Positions 32,023 through 43,625 of a DNA stretch of 64,000 nt are shown here, piece after piece (the first letter of the stretch is position 1; every line of letters begins with the position of its first letter). Location of the stretch: positions 64,001 to 128,000 of the forward strand of contig CAVZZA010000004.1 of assembly GCA_963779615.1 (NCBI GenBank). Reading direction: 5' to 3'. The translations under genes and the position numbers were made by a program. This stretch comes from an uncultured Nitrososphaeraceae archaeon (GTDB taxonomy: Archaea; Thermoproteota; Nitrososphaeria; Nitrososphaerales; Nitrososphaeraceae). The notes under the pieces are model-generated. The model was not told the DNA's origin. It did not search any database and saw only the letters and a list, made by a program, of their open reading frames with translations.

Positions 32023-32600
32023 TTAGTCACGCGTTTGACTAAAAAATAGGTGCTTATGGGTTTGCCTACAGAGGGTGTGACTATAAAAAATACCATAGGC
32101 ATGCCCTCCATATGCGTTGGATACTGTGCATGTGGGTGTTTGGCCTATGTCATCTATTATGGCGTTGAATCCTTCCAAAAATGTTGTTGTGAGGGACGCT
32201 ATAACGGAGACGGTGTCTCTATTAAGATTTGTCACTTACATGAAGCCGTTGTAGGGGTTGAAGTCAACGCAAGGTGGAAATGATCCCATTACTAGTATGG
32301 TGGTCGCAACCTAGTTTGTTGCTCCGTCTATCACCGAGACGTTGTTGCTATTTTGGTTTGTCACGTACATGAACTCGTTGTACGGGTTGAAGTCAACGCT
32401 AGGTGGAAATAATCCCACCGGTATGGTGGTCACAACAAATACTGGTCGTGCATCACTCTGTTAACTGGTAGGTGACAGGAAACGGCGGGTTTATCCTCGA
32501 AAGTGTCCCAATCTGAGCCATTGAAGGATATACACCCGTTGCTTGTGGTTGCCGTAATGTTGAATTCATCTGCCGTTGGACACTTAAGACCAGAAATTCG
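32023..32600 (-). pseudogene. YVTN beta-propeller surface protein remnant; two ~129-bp repeat units at 32199-32436
   Basis: VTTIPVGLFPPSVDFNPYNEFMYVTNQNSNNVSVIDGATN*VATTILVMGSFPPCVDFNPYNGFM*VTNLNRDTVSVI. Confidence 0.85.
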
Positions 32601-33274
32601 TGGAACCAAAATTAATTACATCTTATTTCAACTAATCGAGATATTTCAATTTTAGTTAGTGATATTTGATTCCTTAAAATTTCAAAATCATAAATCTTGA
32701 TCATTTGTTTGCTCGGCAATATTTATTTATGATGGCGGGTATCAGATTTGGAATTATATTTCATATTTGATTAGATTTAACAAAACTTATTGTGAAATAT
32801 ACATTATTTCAAACTAAAAACCAAAAAATGGATAAATTTGACTCTGCCTGATGACTACTTTATCTGCAAACATGGTACATGATTAAAAGGTTTCATAACT
32901 GTTGAAACCCAAAAAATTATCAAATATACGAAATTGAAAAAAAATCTAAATTCGACTTGATTTTAAATTTTTTCAATTCCCAATAAATCTGATAAGCAAC
33001 ATCCCGATCAAGGTATGCGTGACTATGGAAAGGAGATGTAGAGTTACATGCTATGTCTTTGCTTCCGGTTTGTGCTTGGTAATGGCTAGTATTGGTGTCA
33101 TTACTGTGCCATTAACTAGGACTGTTGGTGACGCTAAATGTTTTTGCTCTGGTTATTGGTTCTATTAAAAACTATCGTGAAATACGCCCAATAAGTTCAA
33201 ACTATTGCCTTAAGCTAACGCAATTTGAGCCTATAGGTGAGTTTCTTGTAAAAATAAAAAAAGGTTTATTGTTC

Positions 33275-33820
33275 TTATTTGCATAGTTCAGGCTGTTCTA
33301 CGCAAATAAGGTGTTGAGTTCCAAATATTGGTGTGGTGCCAAAATGATTCTTTGTGGCTTTCGGGTCAAGAGAAATGGCTATTGCACTGTCATCATATGC
33401 GATAATTTTAGTGGGAACATCTGTCACTGGTTTATCTTTCATCGTCACAGTGGAAGTTCCGTTATATGTTGTGGAATTGTTAGCACTGTCTGTGTTTGGA
33501 TTTCCTGCAATCTTAAAGTCATATATCGAGTGAGTGTGCTTGGCAGTGCCATCCAATTTGACCATGTAGAACGTAGAGTTAAAGACCGGAGATGATGAAT
33601 TTACGTTGGAAAATTTGTAAACTCCGCCTAATATCCATGCGGGATCTGATGAGGTCCCGTTGTTCGTGTTGCTGGTGATAGATCCCTTTATGGTGTTTTT
33701 GTCCGGGTTTGTTGGATTCTGAGCCAATGCTGATTGCATAAAGCTCATGGTAACCAATGATACTGAAATTGCTACTATGAAAACAGATGCAAGTGTGTTA
33801 GAACTTATTCTCATTAACAC
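33275..33820 (-). CDS. Secreted hypothetical protein
   Basis: Signal peptide; WILGG, MVKLDGTAKHTHSI, NHFGTTPIFG; C-terminal CVEQPELC. Confidence 0.82.
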   Translation of the reverse strand: MLMRISSNTLASVFIVAISVSLVTMSFMQSALAQNPTNPDKNTIKGSITSNTNNGTSSDPAWILGGVYKFSNVNSSSPVFNSTFYMVKLDGTAKHTHSIYDFKIAGNPNTDSANNSTTYNGTSTVTMKDKPVTDVPTKIIAYDDSAIAISLDPKATKNHFGTTPIFGTQHLICVEQPELCK

Positions 33821-34345
33821 AAGTAAATAAACAAACTATTTAAGACTCTGCCCATCATGGCCATTTTCACTTGACAGTGTCCATTCCATTCTTATGATGT
33901 CCTAAAATGATGGTTACAAAAATGAGAAGGAATTTAATTGATAGCCAAGTCTTGGGCCGAGCATTTTCTGTTTCCAGGGTTTCCTCTTTTTTTGCCATGA
34001 AATAATAACTCCCTAGGTGTATTTGTTATGGGAGAGCAAACGAACTTTATCCGGGAAAAAGATTATTTGATTGGATATAATACGTCTTCATCTGAATCCA
34101 CTCCATCTGTAATTTAAACATCGCCTTGAGAATTAAGAGCAGTTCCGACAGGGTTTTGCGAATGCACATGCGCTGGATCAATATTTTCAATGGTTCATAC
34201 CCTTATTTTTTAGCGTTACCTTTAATTGGATATAAAGTGCTGAACTATATACATCACCTCAAGATTATATTGTCGGTTGATTGAATTTACCCTGCAATTA
34301 TCAATTGGTAATACGGTTAAATAAAATGGATGGCAGGTTATTTCG

Positions 34346-35350
34346 ATGAAAAAAATTAACACAGAACCAGTAGCATATTCATTAGGCATTCACATTGTTT
34401 TTGTGATTTTGATCATTTCCTTTGCATCAACTAGTTTTGCACAAACATCTAACTCACCAAATCAGGAATCAATACCAAGTCCAATATTCATTACCCATAG
34501 GGCAGACAATAATGTTTTGGCATTGCCCAGTGAAAAAATATGGCCCGCCGGCCTCGACATGACATATACAGATGCAACTGATGATGGAGAAGTTGTTGTT
34601 GCTACAAGCTCCGGCGAAAACCAAGTTTTTGTATTTAATGGCACCAATGGCAGCACAATCAACAAAATAAAAGTAGGTGGTTATCCCACAGGGATTAAAA
34701 TATCCCCTGATAAAAAATACGTGCTTGTTGCTAATCAGATACCAGGTACAGTAAGCGTCATAGACCTGGAAAATATGCAAGATGTTGATGAAATAAAGGT
34801 AGGCGTGGTTCCGCATAACATGGTATTCTCACCCAATGGAACAAAAGCTTATGTGACCATTCAAGGAGAGGATAAAGTCGTGGTTTTGGATGTAAAGGAT
34901 TCCTTCAAGAAGGTAGCCGAAATTAAGGATGCCAAGGGCCCGCACAATTTGGATATAACTAGTGATGGTAAATTACTTTTTGTAGCTAATGCAGCTTCAA
35001 GCGATGTTGCAGTTGTGAATACTACAACTCTTCAAGTCATAAAGAAAATCCCCGTAAGCCTTGGTCATCATGGCATAGATGTATCCCCCGATAACAAGAG
35101 AGCATATGCTTCAGGGATAGGCGATGACAAGATAAGTGTGATTGATGTAGGAAACCTAGACCTGATAAAGCAGGTATCGGTAGGCAAAGGGCCTCATGGC
35201 ATACGTACAAGCTCTGATGGAAAGAATCTTTATGTTGCTGCAAGCGCTACCAATGAGCTAGTTGTGCTCAATACTGATACATTAGATATAACGGAAAAAA
35301 TTCCTGTAGGAAAGGTTCCCTTCTGGATAGCTGTTCCAGGGAATACTTGA
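34346..35350 (+). CDS. Secreted YVTN/YncE-type beta-propeller protein
   Basis: Signal peptide; repeated IxVGxxPxxIxxSPDGKxxYV blades. Confidence 0.9.
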   Translation: MKKINTEPVAYSLGIHIVFVILIISFASTSFAQTSNSPNQESIPSPIFITHRADNNVLALPSEKIWPAGLDMTYTDATDDGEVVVATSSGENQVFVFNGTNGSTINKIKVGGYPTGIKISPDKKYVLVANQIPGTVSVIDLENMQDVDEIKVGVVPHNMVFSPNGTKAYVTIQGEDKVVVLDVKDSFKKVAEIKDAKGPHNLDITSDGKLLFVANAASSDVAVVNTTTLQVIKKIPVSLGHHGIDVSPDNKRAYASGIGDDKISVIDVGNLDLIKQVSVGKGPHGIRTSSDGKNLYVAASATNELVVLNTDTLDITEKIPVGKVPFWIAVPGNT

Positions 35351-35850
35351 TTAATCCCTCTCATTTGAAGATATATTTAACAAATTATCTGCCGCTGATC
35401 TTGTGGCGGCATCTTCTATCATGTGAGAAGTACAGGTTAAACTAGTTCTATAAAATATAATTTAAAAGATTTAGATGAGAGTGGGAGGGTTTTATTCTTT
35501 GAGTCATTGTATTTTTGGTCTTTGGTGTCTAGTGTACCATGCTTTACGAAAGTAAAGCAGCACGGATTGTACTGAATTCCTATTGTTGTGAGGCATATCT
35601 TTCGCATCAGTTGGATGCACTCCCACTAGTTTCTAGGTGGTGAGATCAGGGTCTGCTTTTAGCATGAGGAAACAGATTAAGGATACACATAAACTATCGC
35701 ATTTATTTCAACAATTTAGGTGAAAGTGAACAGATACCTCTTAATGGAACATTATTATTGCTCGGTTTGCAACATGAATTAACCATTTTTATAATGCCTG
35801 CCTGTTGGTTTACAATACATTTAAAAATAACAAATTAGGATATAATTAAA

Positions 35851-36087
35851 ATGCCAAAGTTTCTTGATGTTCACAGTTTAAAAGGCCTTGATGAGGAGTC
35901 CCTAAGAAAGGCACAAAATTCTCCTAAAGATGAGTTTGGTGTTACGCCTGATAACATAATGTATAACATGGAAGAAGACAAGTTTTTTTGTCTGCTTGAT
36001 GCCCCAAGTAAAGAGGCAATTATCAAACATCATGAGAAGTATGGTTTCAAGTGTGATTGGATTACAGAAGTTAAGACAACTGCATGA
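35851..36087 (+). CDS. DUF4242 (SCO4226-like nickel-binding) protein
   Basis: MPKFLDVH...FCLLDAPSKEAIIKHH...CDWITEV. Confidence 0.85.
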   Translation: MPKFLDVHSLKGLDEESLRKAQNSPKDEFGVTPDNIMYNMEEDKFFCLLDAPSKEAIIKHHEKYGFKCDWITEVKTTA

Positions 36088-36821
36088 GATATGCACTAAG
36101 GACACGACCATCTGACTGTATTTATAAAAAAAGAGGCAATTTACTCCATCTTCGTTCTTTACTCGTCTACAAAGAGGATACAAAAGTGAAATGCCGTTAT
36201 TTGGCCATGATGTTTAGAGGTCAAATCATTTATTCGTTCTAGACTTGAGTGATCAATTCCATGATGTAGAAAATATTGTAATCTATTGTGGACATTAACC
36301 AACCAAAAATATGTCAGGTTAAGGCGTGTCTTCAAAATCCGATTTCAAGATAGGTTACAAATTTTGATAATGCAGTTCCAATAAACATGAAGAATTATCT
36401 CCGATGACTCGGTTAACTCCCGATGAGCACAACAATGCAAGGAAAAACCGGGATAATTCATTTATCAGTCAGTTTGCCTCAATCTTAAAAACTGTAGCCT
36501 AATAAGAACACAAATTTGAGCGAGCTTTGCGTTTCGATGGTAACTTACAAAGCTGGGACTTTTTGGCATTCGCTGGAAGGACATTTAGAATATTATAAAT
36601 GCGAGGATTTGAAGAATGCAATCTTTAAAACCATCATCAATGTTAAAAGATATTTAAAATAGGAACATAGATTGTATTGTAAAAATATTGGATGAATGTT
36701 TTGAAAACGGCTTTATCAACTCCACCTAAAAGCCGACATAAAAAAACCAATTTTGATGATAAATAATGTGGAGAAACTTGACTTTTAAGGCGATGCAGCT
36801 TAAAAGGGATATTTTGTGATT

Positions 36822-37847
36822 TTATCCCCTAATTGCCAATGCCCATGGATGTTGAAAGCTATATTCTTTTGGCCAAGGTATGTCCAACATATCCCATGAA
36901 ATTCCTGAATCTTTAGAGCAATAAATTCCTCGATTATTCAAGCAATAAAATTCATCTCTTATTCTTGGGTTGGATTCAAGCATTGAGATTACGGTTCCCC
37001 TTGATCCGGGTAAACCGGTAGTAGCCAAAGTCCGTTCATTATCATCATCATATAAACGCCTATACAGAAAAGATTCTGGATCCTCAATAGAGTATGATTT
37101 CCAAGCATTGCTGGCAGCCGATACAACTAAATTTTGAGGATCATCTGAATTTACTGCAACGCTGAATAAATAGGTGTTACGTCCTAGTCCCTCACCGTAT
37201 CTTTTCCAAGAATTACCGTAGTCTTGACTTTCAAAATAACCATCGCCTGCAGCATAATAGAGTCTTTTTGGTGCTTTTTTGTGAGTTATGAGCGCATGTG
37301 TATCATATGGACTGTTCTCTACTTTGTCTATCCATGTTTGGCCGCCATCGAAACTCTTAATCAGCGCTCCAGCCTCAATTGCAACAAAAACATACTCTTT
37401 TTTATTTACATCAGGTTCTATCCAGCGAACATGATGGGTCCATGGTCTCGGAGGAAATGACCACGAAGAGGATGAGGGTAGTTTGTAAAACCCATTAATT
37501 TTTTCCCAGGTTTGACCACCATCATTTGACGAAAAAATTACACTAGGCTCCATGCCAACAAACAGCCTGTTAAATCCCTCTTTTCCTTTTTCAACAGGAC
37601 TAACAGCAACAGACGTGATATTGGAACCAGAAACGTTTAACGAGGTCCTTTCCCATGTTTGACAATTGTCATCGGTTTTCCAAAGTCCGGCATCAAAAGT
37701 CCCACAGTATGCCCTCACAGGATTTTGAGGATCGTACGCCAGGCTATTGGGATTGTGCTGTTTCATGTGCTCATGAACCTTCCATCCATCTTTTGTCGAG
37801 TCCAACACTAAAAGTGAATTTTGCACTGAAGCAAGAATAGTGGTCAC
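36822..37847 (-). CDS. BNR/Asp-box beta-propeller protein, no signal peptide
   Basis: SNDGGQTW, SFDGGQTW, SQDYGNSW, SKDSGISW; WSFPPRPWTHHVRW. Confidence 0.88.
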   Translation of the reverse strand: MTTILASVQNSLLVLDSTKDGWKVHEHMKQHNPNSLAYDPQNPVRAYCGTFDAGLWKTDDNCQTWERTSLNVSGSNITSVAVSPVEKGKEGFNRLFVGMEPSVIFSSNDGGQTWEKINGFYKLPSSSSWSFPPRPWTHHVRWIEPDVNKKEYVFVAIEAGALIKSFDGGQTWIDKVENSPYDTHALITHKKAPKRLYYAAGDGYFESQDYGNSWKRYGEGLGRNTYLFSVAVNSDDPQNLVVSAASNAWKSYSIEDPESFLYRRLYDDDNERTLATTGLPGSRGTVISMLESNPRIRDEFYCLNNRGIYCSKDSGISWDMLDIPWPKEYSFQHPWALAIRG

Positions 37848-38420
37848 CTTCTATGATCACATTTTACCTACTGATCACATTATTTAAAATGGTAGTGGAC
37901 TTGTAAAGGAAGGCTTTTTTGCTTCTCAATAATGCTGTCTACAACGACTTGGTCTTTTGACTATTCGATCGTTTGTTTTATTTGCTGTGGAGTGATATCA
38001 TGATATTACTTGAGAATATATTGTAACTAAAAAGATCTCTTATTGTAGATGTCTTGAAAAACAAAATTCTGTATGATAATAAAGCAATGAAACATTTTTT
38101 ATTGGACTGTGACGAGAAATCAGATTGGGTTGAAAAACGGATAAATCAGTATATGATAGGGTTGTTGAGTCGCCGGTTGCAAAATGTATCATCATTGTCC
38201 ATGGTATTATGCTATTCAAGCCCACACGATTGTAATTAGCATTACATTAATAATCAAGTTTCATAAGACTAGTGACCGTATGATAAGATTTATTGTATTA
38301 ACGCTTTAGACATCATTACACGATTGCTGTCTACTTGCCAAAAAGGAATCATAACCCGGTATATGTTTTTAAAAATAAATTAAAAAATCACTATTTTCTT
38401 GTAGTAATTGTTAATGGATT

Positions 38421-39041
38421 TTACCACCCTGAATTGTATTTAGATTGACCTCCGCCATAATCACCATGCATACCCTTCATCCCTTTGCCTTGATCATAAT
38501 CACCATGCATATCCATCATTTTCATGCCCTCATGTCCTCCTGAATGCATCATCATCATCCAGTCCATCATTGACAATTCTTTTGATTGCAAGACTTGACC
38601 ATTGCCTGGGTCTACTAGCACCTTATTGAATTTCATATCAGGGGATCCCAAAATTATGGAATACACCAGCACTCCGCCCTTCTCGTCACCATTTGCGGAC
38701 ATGGCATATGAGTTGTTTCCTACGTGCTGCTCAGCAGTAGTTATTGCCTGTGTTAAAGTTGTGTTGACTTTTGATTCAATAGCCTGGTACATTGTATTCA
38801 TAATATTGATGGTTCCATTAATTTTCTCGTGTGTCTTATTCTCCACACCCATCATTGGGTTATCGTATCTATCTTTCATCATCACGTTGTTGCCAGCCAT
38901 ATCTGTTGTATTTGCACTTGGGGTCGCATCTGTTTGTGCAAAAACATTGCTTGAAGTTGAAATGGGTAGAAACCCTATTGTTGCAGTTATCAATGCTGCC
39001 AAAATCACAAAACTCATTGGAAATTTAGTAGTCATTGTCAT
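38421..39041 (-). CDS. Secreted PepSY-like protein with Met/His-rich tail
   Basis: Signal peptide; TLTQAITTAE...LVYSI...VDPGNGQVL; tail MMDWMMMMHSGGHEGMKMMDMHGDY. Confidence 0.82.
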   Translation of the reverse strand: MTMTTKFPMSFVILAALITATIGFLPISTSSNVFAQTDATPSANTTDMAGNNVMMKDRYDNPMMGVENKTHEKINGTINIMNTMYQAIESKVNTTLTQAITTAEQHVGNNSYAMSANGDEKGGVLVYSIILGSPDMKFNKVLVDPGNGQVLQSKELSMMDWMMMMHSGGHEGMKMMDMHGDYDQGKGMKGMHGDYGGGQSKYNSGW

Positions 39042-39523
39042 TTAATGAAAAGCAACAGATAAAAGTTTATACTATATTATTTATGTGGAAAATTACACTC
39101 TAAGATAATATCAAAGGGATTTGCATCAGACTTGGCATCTAGTCACCATGTTTTGTATATCATCACTCATGCATTCCATATGCTGTTATTCTTGGGTGTC
39201 TTGCCTGATATTCGCAATTTTTCCTTTTTTTAACATTGATTGTAATATGAGCGCATATTGTACAAACCCAACCTACCAAATTAATTATTCAAATCTTATC
39301 CATGGTGGTTTTGCTCAATTGGTTATAACAAGTATGTCATAACAGCATATGTATTTGAAGAAGAAGAAGATCAAGGATAAATCAAAATTATGTGAAATAA
39401 TGGCTTAGTCTATTTATTGACCAACAAAATAAACATACGGTGTTAGGTTAAAAGCCTATCGCTTAGAGCACTTCTTTTCAAATAGTTTAGCATTTAATAT
39501 ATAAAGAGAGAATATACAAAAAT

Positions 39524-40281
39524 ATGTCTGGCTTAAATGAGCATACCGAAGAACATTGTCAACAAATATCCCAATTAAAGTAAAAATTGGCCATAGTTAC
39601 AATACATGATGCTTGCCCTGCTTTCTCTACAAAAACATTCCAATTAGCAGATGAACTTGAGGACATGGAAATAAAATTCAATATATCTTTAATCCCCTTT
39701 TACAAGGAAATAGGGATTTGCCAAGGTTTCCTGAATTTGTAGAAAAAATTAAATCATACAGACAGTGTGAAATAGCTTTACATGGCCTCTACCATGAGAG
39801 AAAAAACGGTGAGTCTGATAACTTTCATTCAGTTACAAAGGCAGCTGCAGAAGGGGAAATATGTGCTGGCCTTGAAATATTTCAAGAAGTAAAAATAAAA
39901 ACTAATGTGTTTATACCGCCAGCATGGAAGCTAAATGATGAATCAATCGATATACTGGAAAAAGTAGGATTTGAATTTTCGGAAATGGAAGAAAGACTCC
40001 TATTGAACTCAAATTAAATCATTCAAAAAGATAAAAGTTCTCAAAGTATTTAATTGGGATTCGACAGGATATCCTGAAAAAACACCGTAAACATTAAACG
40101 AGACGGAAAAAGATTTCAAGACTTAATTAAACAATCTCCTCCTAACATTAGGGTTGCCTTGCATCCACGAGATCCAACTGGAGCATTAGATGAACAAAAA
40201 GATATGATAAATTAACAAAAAGGGGAAAACTTTCTTATGCCCTTATATTCTGAGATAATACCAAAATTGCAGGAATTATAG
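39524..40281 (+). pseudogene. DUF2334 / polysaccharide deacetylase family pseudogene
   Basis: IVTIHDACP, EIALHGLYH, FIPPAW, RVALHPRD spread over stops and frameshifts. Confidence 0.8.
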
Positions 40282-40803
40282 CCAATAAAAATAATCTCTG
40301 TAACTAAACAATGCCTATACAAATAAGTGACACATTACATTAAAGGCTGCTCCATCTGAAAAATTAACAATATTTGTTATAATTTCGTTATGAAATTGAG
40401 AAACAAGTTCAAGGCTATTCCCTACGGATTAAGCCCTGAATTCCTTAGGAGAATGAGGTTTTCAGTAGGTGTTATAAAGGCTCTTTGGGATGGAGGATTA
40501 AAGACAGGTCAGAAACTAAAAGGTATCAAAACGAGATAGTCTGCCTAATATCTCATACTGTGAGAGAATGCAATTACTCAAGGCCTAAAATCATGATGCT
40601 GCCTAAAGAATGCCTTGTTGCATGATTATTGCAAATCGCTTTTTGTTGGCCTTTTGGTTATTATCGGAGTATCGAGTCATAATATAATGGAAATTGCTAA
40701 TATAGTGGCATAGTTTTAACCGTTTTCGAATCATGCAACAAGGGACTAAAAAAACAAAAGGAAAACTCTATAGCCTTTGGATTTGCATTGAAGGTGATTT
40801 GCA

Positions 40804-41901
40804 TTGAGTGAGGATTTTATCAAGGTTGCCGATACAAAGGACATCCAACCTTCACAAATGAAAGAAGTCCAAGTTGATGGTGAAAATATCTGCGTAGTTA
40901 ACGTCAATGGAAAATACTACGCTATTGGTAGTATTTGCACTCACGAAGGTGGACCTCTAGCCGATGGAACTCTTGAGGGATATGAGGTTGAATGCCCCTG
41001 GCATAACTCAAAATTTGATGTAAGGACAGGAGAAGTGACAAGCCCTCCTGCAAATGAACCAGAACCGTCCTATGAAGTAAAGGTAGATGGCAATAGCATA
41101 CTGATAAAGAGACAAGGTAAAAGCAAATCATCTCCTCTAACTGAGCTAACATTGCTAGAAAAAAATAAAGTCGAGGGAACCGACGTAATGTCATTTAGGT
41201 TTGGTAATCAGAATAACCAGGAAAAAGACAGAACACCACTACTGGATTATACCGCAGGTCAGTTTGCCTTTTTCGATATAGGTGGTGTATATGCTGACAC
41301 CAAAGGCCCAATCAGGCATTTTACCATTTCATCTTCCCCAACTGAGAATTTTATAATGCTTAGCACCAGAATCAGAGACTCGCCATACAAAAAGAGACTC
41401 TCAACATTAGAGGAGGGTTCTAAAGTCAAGGTGAGGGGCCCTGAGGGGCAATTTGTTTTGCATCAGGATTATTCAAAGCCCGCTGTGTTTATTTCTGGAG
41501 GAATAGGCGTAACTCCATTTAGAAGTATGATAAAGTATGCTACGGATAAGCGGCTGCCATCGCGTATATTCATGTTTGATTCGAACAGGAACAAGGGAAA
41601 CATTCTTTTCAAAAAGGAGTTTGATGATTGGGAAAATACAAATAAAAATCTAAAAATTATCTATACCATTAGTGAAGATCCACACGGACAATCATTACCT
41701 GCTGCAAATGGTTGGAAAGGAGAATACGGAAGAATAGACAAAGCGATGATTTTAAAGTACATGGATAGTAACGCAATAAACAATTCAATGTTCTATGTCT
41801 GTGGTCCTCCTGGCATGCTAAAAGATATGCAGTCTTTGCTCCAAGAGGATATGGGGATTCCAAAAGAAAGAATCAAGGTTGAAGAGTTTACAGGTTACTG
41901 A
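40804..41901 (+). CDS. Rieske [2Fe-2S] ferredoxin fused to an FNR-type FAD/NAD(P) reductase
   Basis: CTHEGGPL...CPWH; RHFTISSSP, GGIGVTP, YVCGPPGM, EEFTGY. Confidence 0.93.
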   Translation: MSEDFIKVADTKDIQPSQMKEVQVDGENICVVNVNGKYYAIGSICTHEGGPLADGTLEGYEVECPWHNSKFDVRTGEVTSPPANEPEPSYEVKVDGNSILIKRQGKSKSSPLTELTLLEKNKVEGTDVMSFRFGNQNNQEKDRTPLLDYTAGQFAFFDIGGVYADTKGPIRHFTISSSPTENFIMLSTRIRDSPYKKRLSTLEEGSKVKVRGPEGQFVLHQDYSKPAVFISGGIGVTPFRSMIKYATDKRLPSRIFMFDSNRNKGNILFKKEFDDWENTNKNLKIIYTISEDPHGQSLPAANGWKGEYGRIDKAMILKYMDSNAINNSMFYVCGPPGMLKDMQSLLQEDMGIPKERIKVEEFTGY

Positions 41902-42810
41902 GGATTAAAGGTCAACTGTTTCCTTTTGGAAATTACTTTTCACTCCCAAGTCTAGGCCAAATATGCTTTAAATGGCTACGAGCTTACAATCCGTTCGATT
42001 TAATGGTATGTCCTAGTGATGCAAGTGATATTTGATTTTTAACCAAGATTAATCCTGCTGTAAAAGGTGTTAATTGATTAGTTAATAACCTGTTTTCACA
42101 TTTTTTGCAATAAAAGTAAAACTGTTTTAAATAAGGACTCCTAACAGTCATCACTATTTAGTAAAGATGTTAATTTCTCGATGTTTTGATTAGTCCCCAA
42201 AGAAAGATCATCCTGATATAAAAAAAATAAATAATGTGATCAAGTCAATTTATATTACTATTTTTTATATCCCGATTAACCAAATTAACTATAACGCAAA
42301 AAGGTTAATACTATTTTAACTTCTGTATAAACTAGATCATCATTTAATACTGATAGTGATAAACGTGATGAAACCCAACTATCAAAAGCAGTAAAATCAA
42401 TTAGACAACTAAAAAATATCGAGAAGGAAATGGTAAAACTAAGGTTCAAGGAAGCTGAATTAAAGGTTTAGGTTCTAATATGACATATATCCAAGAGTAT
42501 CTTCTATATATAACACATTGATATTCAGTTGAAACTCTGGATGAAAAGAAAGAATTAATTTATCATTACCATTTTTGGCATAGGAAATGCAATTAATATG
42601 TTTGTCAATCAGGGTTTCCATCACACATGAAAATATTTTCTAATTGACTCCTATGTTTCAGTAATTCATTTCACATATATTTTCAACAAAAAAACTTTCC
42701 AGAAAACCACTCTTTGCATATAACATGTAAAATCCTGTTTATTTGATTATAATTCTTTGGCAAAAATTATTTGATAGTTATAAAATCCCAAAATAAGAAT
42801 GAAAGCCATC

Positions 42811-43263
42811 TCACAATGAATCCATAAATTGGACAAAATCAGAATTATGGACGTGTTTTGTATTATCCCAAACCTTTTTGAATTTTGGGATATCAATAAG
42901 TGTTTCTGCTAGTGCTTTCCATCTGGGCCAAAGCTTTGTATCCATCATTTTAGTATTATATTGGTGAAAAAGAAACTCAATTAAATCAAGGTATGCAACT
43001 ACAGTGTAATATTCATCAGGGTTATCTACTAGAGCCAGCCGTTCTGCAAATAACGGGCTTTCTTTTGCCATCTTTGTAAATGTTTCATTGTTTTCAAGTT
43101 TCATTCTTGATTCGATTATTCTGGCATATATCTGCTGTTCACTTTGTATACGCATGCTTTTCTTTATTGATGAGGATTGCAACAGTGATAAACCCAATAA
43201 AGATGCAAGTATCCCAACAGTAATTATTGTTGAAATTTCTGAGAAATTCATATCATCTTTCAA
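42811..43263 (-). CDS. Hypothetical protein with N-terminal TM
   Basis: 150 aa; TM followed by helical domain with WPRW...FKKVW. Confidence 0.75.
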   Translation of the reverse strand: MKDDMNFSEISTIITVGILASLLGLSLLQSSSIKKSMRIQSEQQIYARIIESRMKLENNETFTKMAKESPLFAERLALVDNPDEYYTVVAYLDLIEFLFHQYNTKMMDTKLWPRWKALAETLIDIPKFKKVWDNTKHVHNSDFVQFMDSL

Positions 43264-43459
43264 TTACAAGGTACTATGCTTTAGAACTTATTACATTAAT
43301 TTAAAAAAAAATATGGTCCGTTTTCTTAAAAAATTAACTTGATGCTCTTGATTGAAATATGCAAAAGATTTTCTTAACGGGGTGTAAAATTTAGGTAAAA
43401 GGTCCAAGCAACTTGTTTGACTAATAGTTTTGTGCTCAATACGTTAAATTTCCTAAATC

Positions 43460-43625
43460 AAAAGACAAGTGCCGTTCCGATCTTTCTTCCTGCCAAAGCT
43501 TACTCATGGACATTCTATATGTCCATCTTGTGCCAATATTTTCCATAAAACCCTTGACCAATAAATAAAACAAAAAGGCCAATAAAAGGAATTAGGCCAT
43601 TAAATCCAATCAATTGAGTTTATGC
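43460..43625 (-). pseudogene. N-terminal remnant of a sodium:solute symporter
   Basis: FIGLFVLFIGQGFYGKYWHKMDI*NVHE*ALAGRKIGTALVF; usual partner of DUF3311. Confidence 0.7.

Noticed and set aside
32199-32436. Two ~129-bp repeats as an array or att pair
   Set aside because: They translate to YVTN propeller blades.
35600-35660. Hairpins resembling an IS200/IS605 end
   Set aside because: No recognisable tnpA or tnpB remnant adjacent.
40390-40620. Possible transposase C-terminal relic (RRMRFSVGVIKALW)
   Set aside because: Similarity too weak to call without a search.
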